NCBI GenBank assembly: GCA_030390025.1
Contig: CM059431.1
Span: 121,770,001 to 121,834,000, forward strand
Source: Squalus acanthias
Lineage: Eukaryota
DNA length: 64,000 nucleotides
Direction: 5' to 3'
The translations under genes were made by a program, and so were the position numbers. How positions within the stretch are numbered: position 1 is the stretch's first letter; each line of letters begins with the position of its first letter. The notes beneath the pieces were generated by a model that was given only the letters and a program-made list of their open reading frames with translations, was not told the DNA's origin and did no database searches. Of this stretch, positions 1 to 9,994 are shown in pieces.

Positions 1-239
1 TGAGGATATTGGTCCCGGTTCTGCCGAGGTGTAACCCGTCCAGCTTGTACAGGTCCCACCTTCCCCAGAATCGGTCCCAATGCCTCAGGAATTTAAATCC
101 CTCCCTCCGACACCACCTCTCTAGCCATGCATTCATCTGGTCTATTCTCCTATTTCTGCTCTCACTAGCACATGGCACTGGGACTAATCCTGAGAATACT
201 ACCTTTGAGGTCCTGCTTTTTAATTTATTCCACTCTGAG

Positions 240-985
240 ATCCCCTCGTTCCTCTACCCCTCCCATACTCGCACCCTCCAAGTAATAAGTGACCTCCCTA
301 TTCTTCCTACCAAAATGTAATACCTCACATTTACCTGTCTTGAAATTTATTCTGCAAGTTTATTAATGCCTTCTTGTAATTTATTGCAGTCCTCCTCAGT
401 ATTAACTATCCCTCCCAATTTGGTGTCATCCGCAAATTTAGAAATTGTGTTTTTGATTCCAAAGTCTAAATCGTTAATATAAATTGTGAACAACAGTGGT
501 CCCAGCACTGATCCTTGAGGAACACCACTACCTACCTTCTGCCACTCTGAATAGCTACCCTTTACCCCTACTCTCTGCTTTCTGTCTTGAAGCCAGCTAA
601 CTATCCATTCTGCTACTTGTCCCCTAACTCCGCATTCTCTAAGCTTATTTATTAGTCTATGATGTGTTACCTTATCGAAGGCCTTTTGAAAATCTAGATA
701 AATTACATCTACTACATTACCCTTGTCTATTCTCCCTGTTACCTCTTCAAAAAATTCAATGAGGTTGGTCAAGCAAGACTTTCCCTTTTGAAATCCATGC
801 TGACTATTCATTATTATATTTTTGACTTCTAGATGTTCTTCTATTTTCTCCTTTAGTAGGGATTCCATTATTTTTCCTACCACTGATGTTAAGCTGACTG
901 GTCATGTTCTATCTCCCTTCTTAAATATAGATGTTATGTTAGCTATCCGCCAGTCCTCTGGCACTACACCTTTTTCTAATGAATT
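240..985 (-). mobile_element. CR1 LINE reverse-transcriptase fragment; 1-237 is probably another CR1-derived piece
   Basis: ORF 347-883 has the CR1 RT motifs SQHGFQKGKSCLTNL, YLDFQKAFDKV, SGVPQGSVLGPLLF and KFADDTKL. Confidence 0.9.
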
Positions 986-1139
986 ATTAACTCAAGGCTC
1001 ATAGTAACCCTATTTGATCTAAACAGCTCTAGTGTTCATGGCGCCTTCAGTCACAGGCAGCTGCTGTATAGCCTCCTCTTTACAACCCAACTCTTACTGT
1101 AACACTTGGATAACATGCGGTGCCTACATAAAACGCTTT

Positions 1140-1660
1140 TTATAACATGAGCCTTGCTCTAACCATTTCTTTGATATAATGTACATTGTTTATGGCTGCC
1201 TCTCTGTCACACTGCAGATACCGAAAAGTTTTGAATTGATTCTTGTATGACCTATTCCCAGGTATGATCAAACTGAATCTATTCAACAGCAGATTTAAGA
1301 AGCTGGTATTCCTTATGACAGCAAAAAAAAAAATATTTTTCAAAACAGCTTTACAAAGGAGATCACAGAGTTCAACTTTTCATTGATTTTCAAGGTTTTT
1401 AAGTCCTGCTACAGTGAAAAGTTAACCGTTTGTATGAAGCCAGTCAGGCAGCCTTTCAAACCTGAAGAAATGCTTTGAATTGCTTCAATTATTTCCTGAG
1501 CGGTGAACTCTGCAAATAAGGAGCTCTGCACTGTGCTCCCACTTCGAATCAAACCATTCTGCACAATTATCACTCGTATATTTGGACTGTTTCCAGCCCT
1601 GGTTGTGCTGGTAAGTGGAGCTTTGGAAATCAGCTGAAAGTGGTCTGGAACCACTGATTA
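1140..1660 (-). pseudogene. Highly decayed L1/Tx1-like LINE ORF2 remnant
   Basis: FTAQEIIEAIQSISSG resembles FTxxEIxxAIxxLxxGKAPGPDG; LIIPGNRSYKNQFKTFRYLQCD resembles LIPK...NYRPISLLNCD; frameshifted. Confidence 0.35.
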
Positions 1661-2184
1661 CCCTCTCCAAATCCAATCATCTGATTCCGAGGCAATTATG
1701 AATGTTTACATTTATCTGCTGTTTTCAGATCTAAAAAAATATGCTAAGCACAAGAAATAATATAGTAAACAAGTTTGTGGCAATATTTTTGGCAATCATT
1801 GGCCCAGAATTTCCTAGAACTTACACCGTGTTTGTGCCCTGATCTTCCCATTGTCAACTTACTCCGAAATTTCCTGGAAAAGTAATTTGAATACACCGCA
1901 GCAAGTATGATGGTGAATCAGGGACCTCAGAAGTGACGCAGCCAATGCTTTACCCCATCTGCATCAATCAAGCAGATCAATATTGGCTTGTTCTGAGTCA
2001 TAGAACTCTAAAATACAAATCTTTCAAATACACTGAACTTGATCACTTAAACAGAACATTGTTTGAGTTCTGGGCACGGTCAGTTGCTGTATTCAGTTTT
2101 CAGGATGTCTCTAAGTTACAGATGATTTATTTTACCATTTATTCAGGAGATGACATTAATAACCTAAACTACCTAAAAAGTCTC

Positions 2185-2660
2185 AGGGGTAGAAATTATT
2201 CTCGGGCGGCTGGAAAAACGGGCGGTATTGGATTGGCCGCCGTTATAAGCTGCATCTGATATTCAGTTCCATTGATTGAATCACAGAGGGATAGTTTGAT
2301 GGGGATGTGGTGAGCAATGCAGATCTGGGGTTTCAATCAATGGAGCGGAGTCTGATGAGCTGCTGACGGACAGCCCGTCCAGAATGGAGATTTGCTGCCT
2401 GCCTCCTCCTGTTCCTCTTTCTCTTCCTCCTCCTCCTCTTCCTGAGCTGGTCCCACAATCCCTGGTGGTAAGGGCTGTGCTTTCATGATGGCCACATTGT
2501 GGGGCATGCAGCAGACCACCACAATATGGGACAGCCGCTCCGCCGAGTACTGGAGGGCTCCTACCGAGCGGTCAAGGCAGGAACTGTTGCTTCAGTAGCC
2601 CGATGGTCTACTTGGTGATGTTCCTCGTGGCAGCATGGCTATCCTTATATGAGTGCTGGC
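2185..2660 (-). mobile_element. Harbinger remnant: TIR-like GGGGTAGAAATT plus transposase C-terminal fragment
   Basis: VVCCMPHNVAI followed by a poly-E tail matches the C-terminus of the transposase at 55703-56863. Confidence 0.7.
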
Positions 2661-3348
2661 CAAGAGTGGTGGGGTTGCAGACAATGCTCCCTCTAAGGTG
2701 CGTGGCTGTGTGGCCATGCACCGATCCGTAAACTCCCATGCACTTCAATTCAAAGGCCACGACAGAGAGCTGGACAGCGGAGAGGGGTCAAATACACAAT
2801 GGTCTGAAAATCCAGACAGAGAGTCATTTACGAGTCTTACGACCTCAGAGCTGAACTCAATTGGAAATTAACAAAAGAGTTGGGGCAGTGGCCACATGGT
2901 AAGGGGGTGGGTGAAGTGTCGGTTGTGTCGCTGTCTGAGAAGTTCTACATGCTCCAGGCAGAAGCTGTAGAGGAGCCGACCTCAGCCAGCTCCCAGCAGT
3001 TGTGGTGGATTGGAAATCCTAACTCACCACGTAGGTTTGGACCCTACCCGCGTCGGATCAACTTATTCTTTCATATAGTTCACCTTGGAGATCCCTGGCC
3101 CCAAAACTGTTCAGCCAGATCCCATGGTGATGAGGGCAGCATGCCCCCTTCTCCTTTGGCACCATGGTTCCGGGGGCCTGTTTTACCGAAACTCAGCACT
3201 CACTGCGGGGCTGGATGAAGCTTTAAAAATCGGTGGGAGAGATCGGTAAATAACCACGTGTACCTCATCTTCTTAGTAAACCGATTGCAAGTGAGTGAGC
3301 TGCTGAGTTTTACCCACAACAGGTGAGTAAGAAAGTACTTTGTTGCTG

Positions 3349-4032
3349 TCAAATGGCAGTGATATGGTCGCACAACAACTGCACATTAAGTGAGTGGTAG
3401 CCTTTGCGGTTACAGAACATCTTAGCATTGTTACACGGTGCCCATAAAGCCACGTGTGTGCGGTCGATGGCACCCTGCACCATGGGGAAGCCCGCCATCC
3501 TTGCAAAGCCACATACACACTCATTCAGAGAGAAGACAATGAAGTCCCTTCTCCTGGATTGGAGAGTCTCTGTGACCTCCCGGATGCAGCGATGGATGGT
3601 GAATTGGGAGATATTAGCTATGTCTCCTGCTGCAGGCTGGAAGGAGCCACTGGCAAAAAAGTTGAGGGCCACGGTGACCTTGAAGGCCACTGGGAAAGCC
3701 ATTGTTGCCCTGCTCTGCAGGTCTGGTTCCAGGAGGTGGCAGAGTTCTGTGACCACCTCCTTGGTGAAGCGGAGCCTCCTAGTACACTGCTCCTTGCTTA
3801 AGTGGAGGTAAGAGAAGTGCTCTCGGAAGACCCTAGGTGAATAAGGCCTCCTGCTGAGAGCCCTCCTAGCCTTCCTCCTCCTCCTCCAACATCTGTGAGC
3901 ATCTTGTCCTCTTCTTCGCTGCCTCCACTCCATCTCCTGAAGATACTCGAGCGTGAGGGGAACTGCAAGTACAGCTCCCATGACTGGGAGCAAGTGGTGT
4001 GAGCAGAAGCCTTTAAATGATGTTAAACCCAC
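3349..4032 (-). pseudogene. Truncated Harbinger (HARBI1-like) transposase, N-terminal half
   Basis: Motifs VTVALNFFASGSFQ, GFPMVQGAIDRTHV and NRKGYHSLNVQLLCD; the C-terminal half is missing. Confidence 0.85.
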
Positions 4033-4343
4033 TCTTGTGCCTTTATTCTTTCAGATAATCAGCCACCGCCTGCTCAGCCTGTCCCTCAGCCTTGTAAGGG
4101 ATTCCTGACCCTGCGTGTCTCGCAGCCTGTGAGATTCACGCGGCTCTGTGCAGCCTGTATGTCAGTGCGGGTCTAGGCCTGGTTGCCTGTTCTGGTCTCC
4201 AGCCAGTCTGGGAACACTAGACACACCTGTGAGTGGTTCGAATCACTCTCCCTTACGGTTCTAGACACTGGACTTAGATGCGAGAGCAGTAATGGAGATA
4301 AAACTCATGTAGACTTGGTTTGAATGGTACGAAATGGAAAATC

Positions 4344-4349
4344 TTTATT
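4344..4349 (-). terminator. Putative poly(A) signal AATAAA in the 3' LTR
   Basis: tttatt on the plus strand, about 250 nt from the LTR 3' end; present in all three LTR copies. Confidence 0.55.
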
Positions 4350-5146
4350 GCATGATACTTAAGATTATGAAATACATGTCATAAGCACAGATTAATGACA
4401 GTACAATCTTACAAACAGTTATATAGTCGATCTTAGGGAAACGAGGAACGAACGGCACAAAATAAATAGGGGCACACATTACAAATATCCTTAATCCTTA
4501 AACCCTCCCCTATCAATATCTATCCTAAACTAGATTCGTAGGATCTCGAGACTCATGCTCACCACTCGTGATAACTCGGAGAAATTCCGAATAGCTGATC
4601 GGATGTTTTTCACCGCAGCACCCACGTGTCGGTCAGGAGATCTCCTGGTCCCACTTGTTTACTTGCTTCTGCTGCTCCGGCTAGCAGGCTGGACCGTCTG
4701 CTGTGATGAAGACCTGTGTTGGTTGGTTTAACAGGTACTCTTGGAGCACAGTTGTCAATATCGTCGATGCAATATGTTTCGTTATAAGTTCGAAGAAGTC
4801 TTCCTGGCGAGGAAAACTTGGCTAATCGACCTACAGGCGCGGTCGGGATTTACTGACCGTGGCGATGGATATGGTCTTCCTCTCTTCTCATCTCATCTCA
4901 TCTCATCTCATCTCATCTCGGGCCTTTGGTTCCGCTGCCAGTTACCAACATAGGTCTTCGTTACGCGACACGAGGTAGATCCGAACGGATCAGAAAGTTC
5001 AACAGTCTTTTCAGAAGAGGCAACAGGCAAGCAGAAGCCCAACTACGAGTACACAGGAGCAGCCACGAGGTTACGAATCGACCGGATAAAAGCACAGGAG
5101 CAAGAGAGCAAGAGCAAGAGAGCGAATGGACGGTTTGGAGCCTGCA

Positions 5147-5215
5147 ATTATAGTGCAAAAATCTTCCGTTTCCCGCCCAACTATAATGTCCATTCTTTTG
5201 TTTAAGGTTTGGCGC
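5147..5215 (-). promoter_or_regulatory. Putative LTR promoter: TATAAT, GC box and E2F-like sites (equivalent copy in the 5' LTR at about 12865-12933)
   Basis: Minus strand GGGCGGGAAACGGAAG...CACTATAATTGC followed by a pyrimidine-rich initiator-like tract; TTTCCCGC and TTTGGCGC match the TTTSSCGC consensus. Confidence 0.45.
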
Positions 5216-5754
5216 CCAAATGTCTTGTATGGGTGATCTCCGTTCTTAATGGGTTTCGGGGTTACTCGTAAATGTCTGAGTACCTGTTAATATTTCTCCC
5301 ATTGTTAAATCGGTCGGTGTTCTCCCTGGAGGGGTTTGGGGCTTCCAAGTGTCCTGTATAACTACCTGCTAACGGCTCTCTCATCGTAGAGTCGTTGGGA
5401 TTTTACATATTAATGTCTTTTGGATGGGCCCTTGATTACTCGGTACAATGGCTTTCCTTTGTACCTGGGAGACCGATTCCAGTATCTATGTTTATACTGC
5501 AAACCCATAATGTCTCGTGTATTATCTTCACTGTGCTGAATCTTAATCGATCTTGCACAAATGTTTATTGGAACGCCATCTTGTCTGCCTGTTGAAAAAG
5601 TCTAGAATGTTCTGTCACGAGGTGCGGCGGCCATTTTACAGGCTGCTTGTGTCCACTTTAAACTTGCCAGCATTCTACTGAAATAAAAGCTGTTTGAACG
5701 AAACTTTGTGTTTTCTCCTTATTAATAAAATCGCGATATATTGCGAATTCTACA

Positions 5755-5765
5755 GTCCCTCCTGT
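5755..5765 (-). other. Polypurine tract
   Basis: Minus strand ACAGGAGGGAC directly abuts the TG start of the 3' LTR. Confidence 0.8.
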
Positions 5766-6207
5766 TGATGCGAATAACTCCGCTTATCGTATCAAAAATC
5801 ATAGTGGTGAGCAATATTATCTCGATTTCTCTCCGAATCCAGTAAATTAATCCCATAATTTTAACTTAGCTAGGGTCTCTGTGTCGTCCTCATTTCACAA
5901 GAAGATTACATTTTATATCACCGTAGGCATTATTTGCCCTTAAACTTACACCACTTGTTTTCCTTCCCGGCGTAACCAGGCCGATGCCTCTCGTATCACC
6001 TGTATATTCATCTTTTATTCAGGGAAAGGAGAAACAAAACCCAAAACCAAACAATCATTTTTTTAACTATAACACCATCACCAAAATAAATCAACACCAA
6101 CTCTTAAAACATGTCGAGTTCCCAACGTATTTACAATCTCTGAAAATCATGATCGAGTACAAACTTCCGCGGCGCACGTGGCGAGCGGGAGTGACGCCAT
6201 TTTCCGA

Positions 6208-8559
6208 TTACACGGTGCTTTCATCGTGCACGCGCACGTAACGTTCTCGCCACTCTCCCGTGTTTTCATGCTTGGTGAGGCGTTTGTCTCTTTTACAATG
6301 TACGACCAATAGGTACACTACAATGAAAACTTGGCATACGACTAAAATGTGGGAGGCTATTCTGATCCATGAAGGTACTTCAATATTGGTGAACAGATTC
6401 CACCACGGTGGAACTACTATATCCAGAATGTCTGTTCCTATTTCGACAGTTTTCTGCTCTAATGTATAAAAATGTTTCTGTGATACCGCGACGGCTTTCA
6501 AAAGCTTGGTGAGGTGTTCAGGGAGAGGGGGAATGAGGTATCCAAAATGCGCGACGAATTGCTGCAAGTCGGTGAAATTCTCTTTTACTGTGAGATGAAC
6601 AGTGGATGGTTCAGGGATTGGGATAATTCGCTGTTGTGCTACTTGAACTTCCGCCCTGGGTTTAAAACAGAAACTGCTGTCACTCACCGGACACCGGCTA
6701 CGGTTTCCATGCTGGTAGTGTTGCGCTGCAGTGGTAACACAATATGTTCCACCCCCGATGTATGCTACCTGCGGAGGCACATGATCTTGTGCCATTGCCT
6801 CCATGGTGCAATTCATGGACTTGGCGCCAGCCGTTCTGAACCCGCACTGTGGTGTTAAAAAGGCATTCAAGTGCTGGGGGCACAGTATTATGTGTGCTCC
6901 CCTGCCACGACAACCAGAGAGATCTGTACCTGTCATCGTTTGCTCCCAGCGGATGACGTAAGGTGGAACCGCTGCATAACGAATGTGGGCTCCCCCCTGA
7001 ATGACACCGATGTTCTCTACCCGATATACCGGGGCGGGCTTTGCTGTGTCGCCCAAAACCGGCATACGTAAAACTATACCCATAATGGTATGGTTTGATC
7101 GTCCGCAGTCCACGGGGACTGGGTATGCTTCTGAAGCTAGCCTGAGCTGGCACGGGCTTAATGCGTTCTGAAAAGGGTGGAGCGCCCGTAGGTGTTTGTT
7201 ACTTATCCAGGACGGAACCAAACCTTGTTTTAAATCCTCCAAATTACTGCGGCCCTCGCCCAGTAACCACGCCCCGTAAAGCACGCACACCTCGTTCTGC
7301 GCAGCTTGATCGGATGCATTCCGATCTTCCCTAATCAGGGCATTTACCGTCTTTGCATGTTTCTCCAACTCTGCTATAATTTCCTTTAAATGGAGGGTCA
7401 TGGCTTGGTCCTCGTGTAGACCCGACCCTACCACTTTATTCTCATCTGTTAGAATGTCCTTTAATTGTGTCTTTAAACCATTAATCTGGGTCTGCAGCTC
7501 CACACTGTCTAGAGCGTTGACCACAGATGTACCTGTGTTAAAAGCAGTGAACGCATCGTTCACCAAACCCCTTCTTTGCCTCCCTACTTGATCCAAAACT
7601 TCCTGTGGCACGGTGTACAAACTTGTTTTATCAATTTCCGCGAAATCGAATTCGTAAAATTGTCTGAACATCTTGGTCAACAGGACCTGGTACAACTGTT
7701 CCGTCTTTTTGGGGCACCACTCTGGTAACCGTACCTCAGTGAGATTTAAAATCACCGAGGCCACCGCGTAATGTACCCCCTGAAATAGTATCTGGTCTGT
7801 GGGGACCAGTACCAAACCATTCCCGGGTCCCTTACTAGCTTTAGGGCACCCTTCTTCCTCAGCTAGAACCACCGGAATCGTGGGCGGGGCTTTGCGTGGG
7901 CGCGTAATGAGTTCAGTGGCATTTACTGGGATTGGGGAGAATGGGGCTCCGCACCCCCTGGTGCTCGCATCCCACCTCATCCCCTGTCCGTTATCCTGCC
8001 ATTGATTAATAAAAAATATGGAGATGCCTTTGGGGCAAACGTACTTTGACCCCCACATACATACATAAATTCCCTCATCCGGTTCCCACCATTTGTCCCA
8101 ACAGACTTTCACTTGTCCGTCTGTCCCCGTAATTGTCCGATGGGTATTATTACCCAGTCGTTCCCACTCGACCGAAGAGTTTCTCATAGTTTTGCTCAGC
8201 TTTCGCAGCCACCACCATCGGCTCAATGGGACCTTCCCACTACAAGTCAAACAAATCCGTTTGCCGACGGTGACGCTGATCCTGGGTGCGATGATCCTTA
8301 CTTTGGGGCACAGTAAAGAAGTCTCTTGGTAGGCAAACCCCGATGTGCTAGAATACTCCGTTGAGTTCGTTCCCAGCCATCCTGGCCACCTTCCCTTGTG
8401 GAAATAGGTGCTGGTCTCCTCTGCCTCCCGTCTTCCGGTCCCATCCACCGCGATGGGGGCCGTGTCCCCGGAACATCCAAACACCACGACATCCTTGGTG
8501 CGGCCTCGATAGGCCAATCCACATCCGATTGCCACGAGCAATACTAGAATTCGTTCCAT
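6208..8559 (-). CDS. env: Envelope glycoprotein (783 aa from the signal-peptide ATG): Ig-like domain, furin site, class I fusion protein with F-like Cys-rich region, TM anchor
   Basis: Signal peptide MERILVLLVAIGCGLA; C..W..DEGIYVC; RQRR|GLVNDAF at 7570-7581; heptad repeat; Cys-rich block TDLSGC...LCPQ...C...C; TM segment ILVVCQVFIVVYLLVV with a basic tail; several N-x-S/T sites; ORF is open. Confidence 0.9.
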   Translation of the reverse strand: MERILVLLVAIGCGLAYRGRTKDVVVFGCSGDTAPIAVDGTGRREAEETSTYFHKGRWPGWLGTNSTEYSSTSGFAYQETSLLCPKVRIIAPRISVTVGKRICLTCSGKVPLSRWWWLRKLSKTMRNSSVEWERLGNNTHRTITGTDGQVKVCWDKWWEPDEGIYVCMWGSKYVCPKGISIFFINQWQDNGQGMRWDASTRGCGAPFSPIPVNATELITRPRKAPPTIPVVLAEEEGCPKASKGPGNGLVLVPTDQILFQGVHYAVASVILNLTEVRLPEWCPKKTEQLYQVLLTKMFRQFYEFDFAEIDKTSLYTVPQEVLDQVGRQRRGLVNDAFTAFNTGTSVVNALDSVELQTQINGLKTQLKDILTDENKVVGSGLHEDQAMTLHLKEIIAELEKHAKTVNALIREDRNASDQAAQNEVCVLYGAWLLGEGRSNLEDLKQGLVPSWISNKHLRALHPFQNALSPCQLRLASEAYPVPVDCGRSNHTIMGIVLRMPVLGDTAKPAPVYRVENIGVIQGGAHIRYAAVPPYVIRWEQTMTGTDLSGCRGRGAHIILCPQHLNAFLTPQCGFRTAGAKSMNCTMEAMAQDHVPPQVAYIGGGTYCVTTAAQHYQHGNRSRCPVSDSSFCFKPRAEVQVAQQRIIPIPEPSTVHLTVKENFTDLQQFVAHFGYLIPPLPEHLTKLLKAVAVSQKHFYTLEQKTVEIGTDILDIVVPPWWNLFTNIEVPSWIRIASHILVVCQVFIVVYLLVVHCKRDKRLTKHENTGEWRERYVRVHDESTV

Positions 8560-8572
8560 CCTTCCTTGGTTC

Positions 8573-8600
8573 CTGTGATCAGATAGAATGAGGTAGCCAG
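8573..8600 (-). promoter_or_regulatory. Putative env splice acceptor
   Basis: Minus strand CTACCTCATTCTATCTGATCACAG|G lies 13 nt upstream of the env ATG. Confidence 0.5.
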
Positions 8601-8845
8601 CCTCGCAAGAGTCTCTGGCTTTTGTGAAGGGTGAGCGGGTCCCCTGACCTCGCCTCACGTAAACTTCAACGTTCGCTGAATAAACTTCAACTAAACCTAA
8701 ATTTAAAACTCCCATCATTTTATCGTTTTCTGTTAAAAACACTACAAACTTAACCTTATTAAAACTATAAACTTAACCTTGAACTATAAACTTACAACTT
8801 AAAACTTATTACTATACAGTGCCGCCCGTTCTCAGGGCGGCCCCT

Positions 8846-9994
8846 TTAAATTCTGAGAAGGCTGCTGCGAGCTCTTCCCGACGGTGGGAGGGCACTGACC
8901 CTTCCCTCTGATCTGCCGCAGCCTGTTGCTGCGCTGACCCTTCCCTCTGATCTGCCGCAGCCTGTTACTGCTGCGATGTGGCCGGTCTGTACCTGGGTTA
9001 TCTTAACCTGAAATTTTCGCCTTGGGGCAGTCTGGGGACATGACCACATCCTCCTGGGCTGGGGTTCTCTGCTTGACCTACGGGGAGTTGCTATGGGCGG
9101 GGGTTCCGTGACGGACGGACCGGGTTCCGAGACCTCCATCGGGATGACCTGGGGTTCCATCACAGTCGCCGGCTCCGCCTCCGCTGACTCCGCCTCCCTA
9201 ACCTCGGGGCTGGCAGTTCGTGGCTCCGCCCTGCTCGGCCCAGCAGGCGGCCCTTCACTCGTGATCTCTGCCTCCCCTGAGGACTGGACGTTCAAAGCGG
9301 GCGGCCACATCTCTGGGAGCCACACCGGTACTCTCTGTGCTCCTATAGCGGCTGGCCCTGCCTCCTCTAGCTCCTCCCTCCTGTCCTCGGGACCTGCAGC
9401 TTGTGTGTCCACCCTGTGTGGATCTCTACCTACAGCCCCCATTCCCTCCAGACCGTTCCTCAGGAACCACCCGTCATCATCACTATGCTCATCTGCACTA
9501 TCCTCATCTGACCAGGGTACCCTGAATTCTTCCTCATCTAACCCCCAATTCCAGAAAAACGCTGCACGATCGTCCGGGATGTCCCTTCCCCTGATGCAAG
9601 CTGCTATGCCTGCCTGTGTGCCTTGTGGTCCTACCTGGGGCTGTGCTTTCCCATTGGCGGGATTTACCCCTGTAGTTTTCCCCTGCGCACCTGGCTGGTA
9701 CAGTTTGCATTGGTTTACATCCTCATACTCCCGGCTTTTGGCTACCCTGTAGGCTGCTTTTATCTCTCTAAGCTGCGCTTCTAGCCTGAGCACGTCTAAC
9801 TTTCCCATTGCTCGGGCGTTCTCCTCCCGCAGGGCCTGCTCTCTAAGCTGCCCTTCCAGCCCATCTATTTTCCCTAATAAGCGGGCGTTCTCCTCCCGCA
9901 AGGCCTGCTCTTTTAACCTGGCCTCCTCACCGCAGACCCCCTCCTGTGCGTGTCTTTTAAAAGGACACAGGTAGGCAGGCTGCGTGGGCTCTAG
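8846..9994 (-). CDS. Unknown 382-codon ORF in the pol position, in frame with gag after UGA-CUAG (coiled coil, acidic, Pro/Glu-rich, basic tail)
   Basis: 31 stop-free codons (LEPTQPAYLCPFKRH...) link the gag stop to ORF 8846-9901 in the same frame; no protease, RT or integrase motifs. Confidence 0.7.
   Translation of the reverse strand, partial: LEPTQPAYLCPFKRHAQEGVCGEEARLKEQALREENARLLGKIDGLEGQLREQALREENARAMGKLDVLRLEAQLREIKAAYRVAKSREYEDVNQCKLYQPGAQGKTTGVNPANGKAQPQVGPQGTQAGIAACIRGRDIPDDRAAFFWNWGLDEEEFRVPWSDEDSADEHSDDDGWFLRNGLEGMGAVGRDPHRVDTQAAGPEDRREELEEAGPAAIGAQRVPVWLPEMWPPALNVQSSGEAEITSEGPPAGPSRAEPRTASPEVREAESAEAEPATVMEPQVIPMEVSEPGPSVTEPPPIATPRRSSREPQPRRMWSCPQTAPRRKFQVKITQVQTGHIAAVTGCGRSEGRVSAATGCGRSEGRVSALPPSGRARSSLLRI
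8895..8966. repeat. 39-bp in-frame tandem duplication encoding TGCGRSEGRVS twice
   Basis: ctgacccttccctctgatctgccgcagcctgtt at 8895 and 8934. Confidence 0.9.

Larger units (their letters stand above)
4093..5754 (-). repeat. 3' LTR (1662 bp)
   Basis: Direct repeat of 11811-13472 with only 4 substitutions found by eye; reads TGTAG...TTACA on the minus strand. Confidence 0.97.

Noticed and set aside
4741..5595. Short ORFs repeated at 12459-13313 and 27272-28188
   Set aside because: They recur only because they lie in LTR copies; non-ATG starts, no motifs, and altered by indels in the solo LTR.
9093..9752. 219-aa plus-strand ORF as an antisense accessory gene
   Set aside because: Ser/Gly/Ala-rich shadow of the GC-rich ORF-X; no independent evidence.
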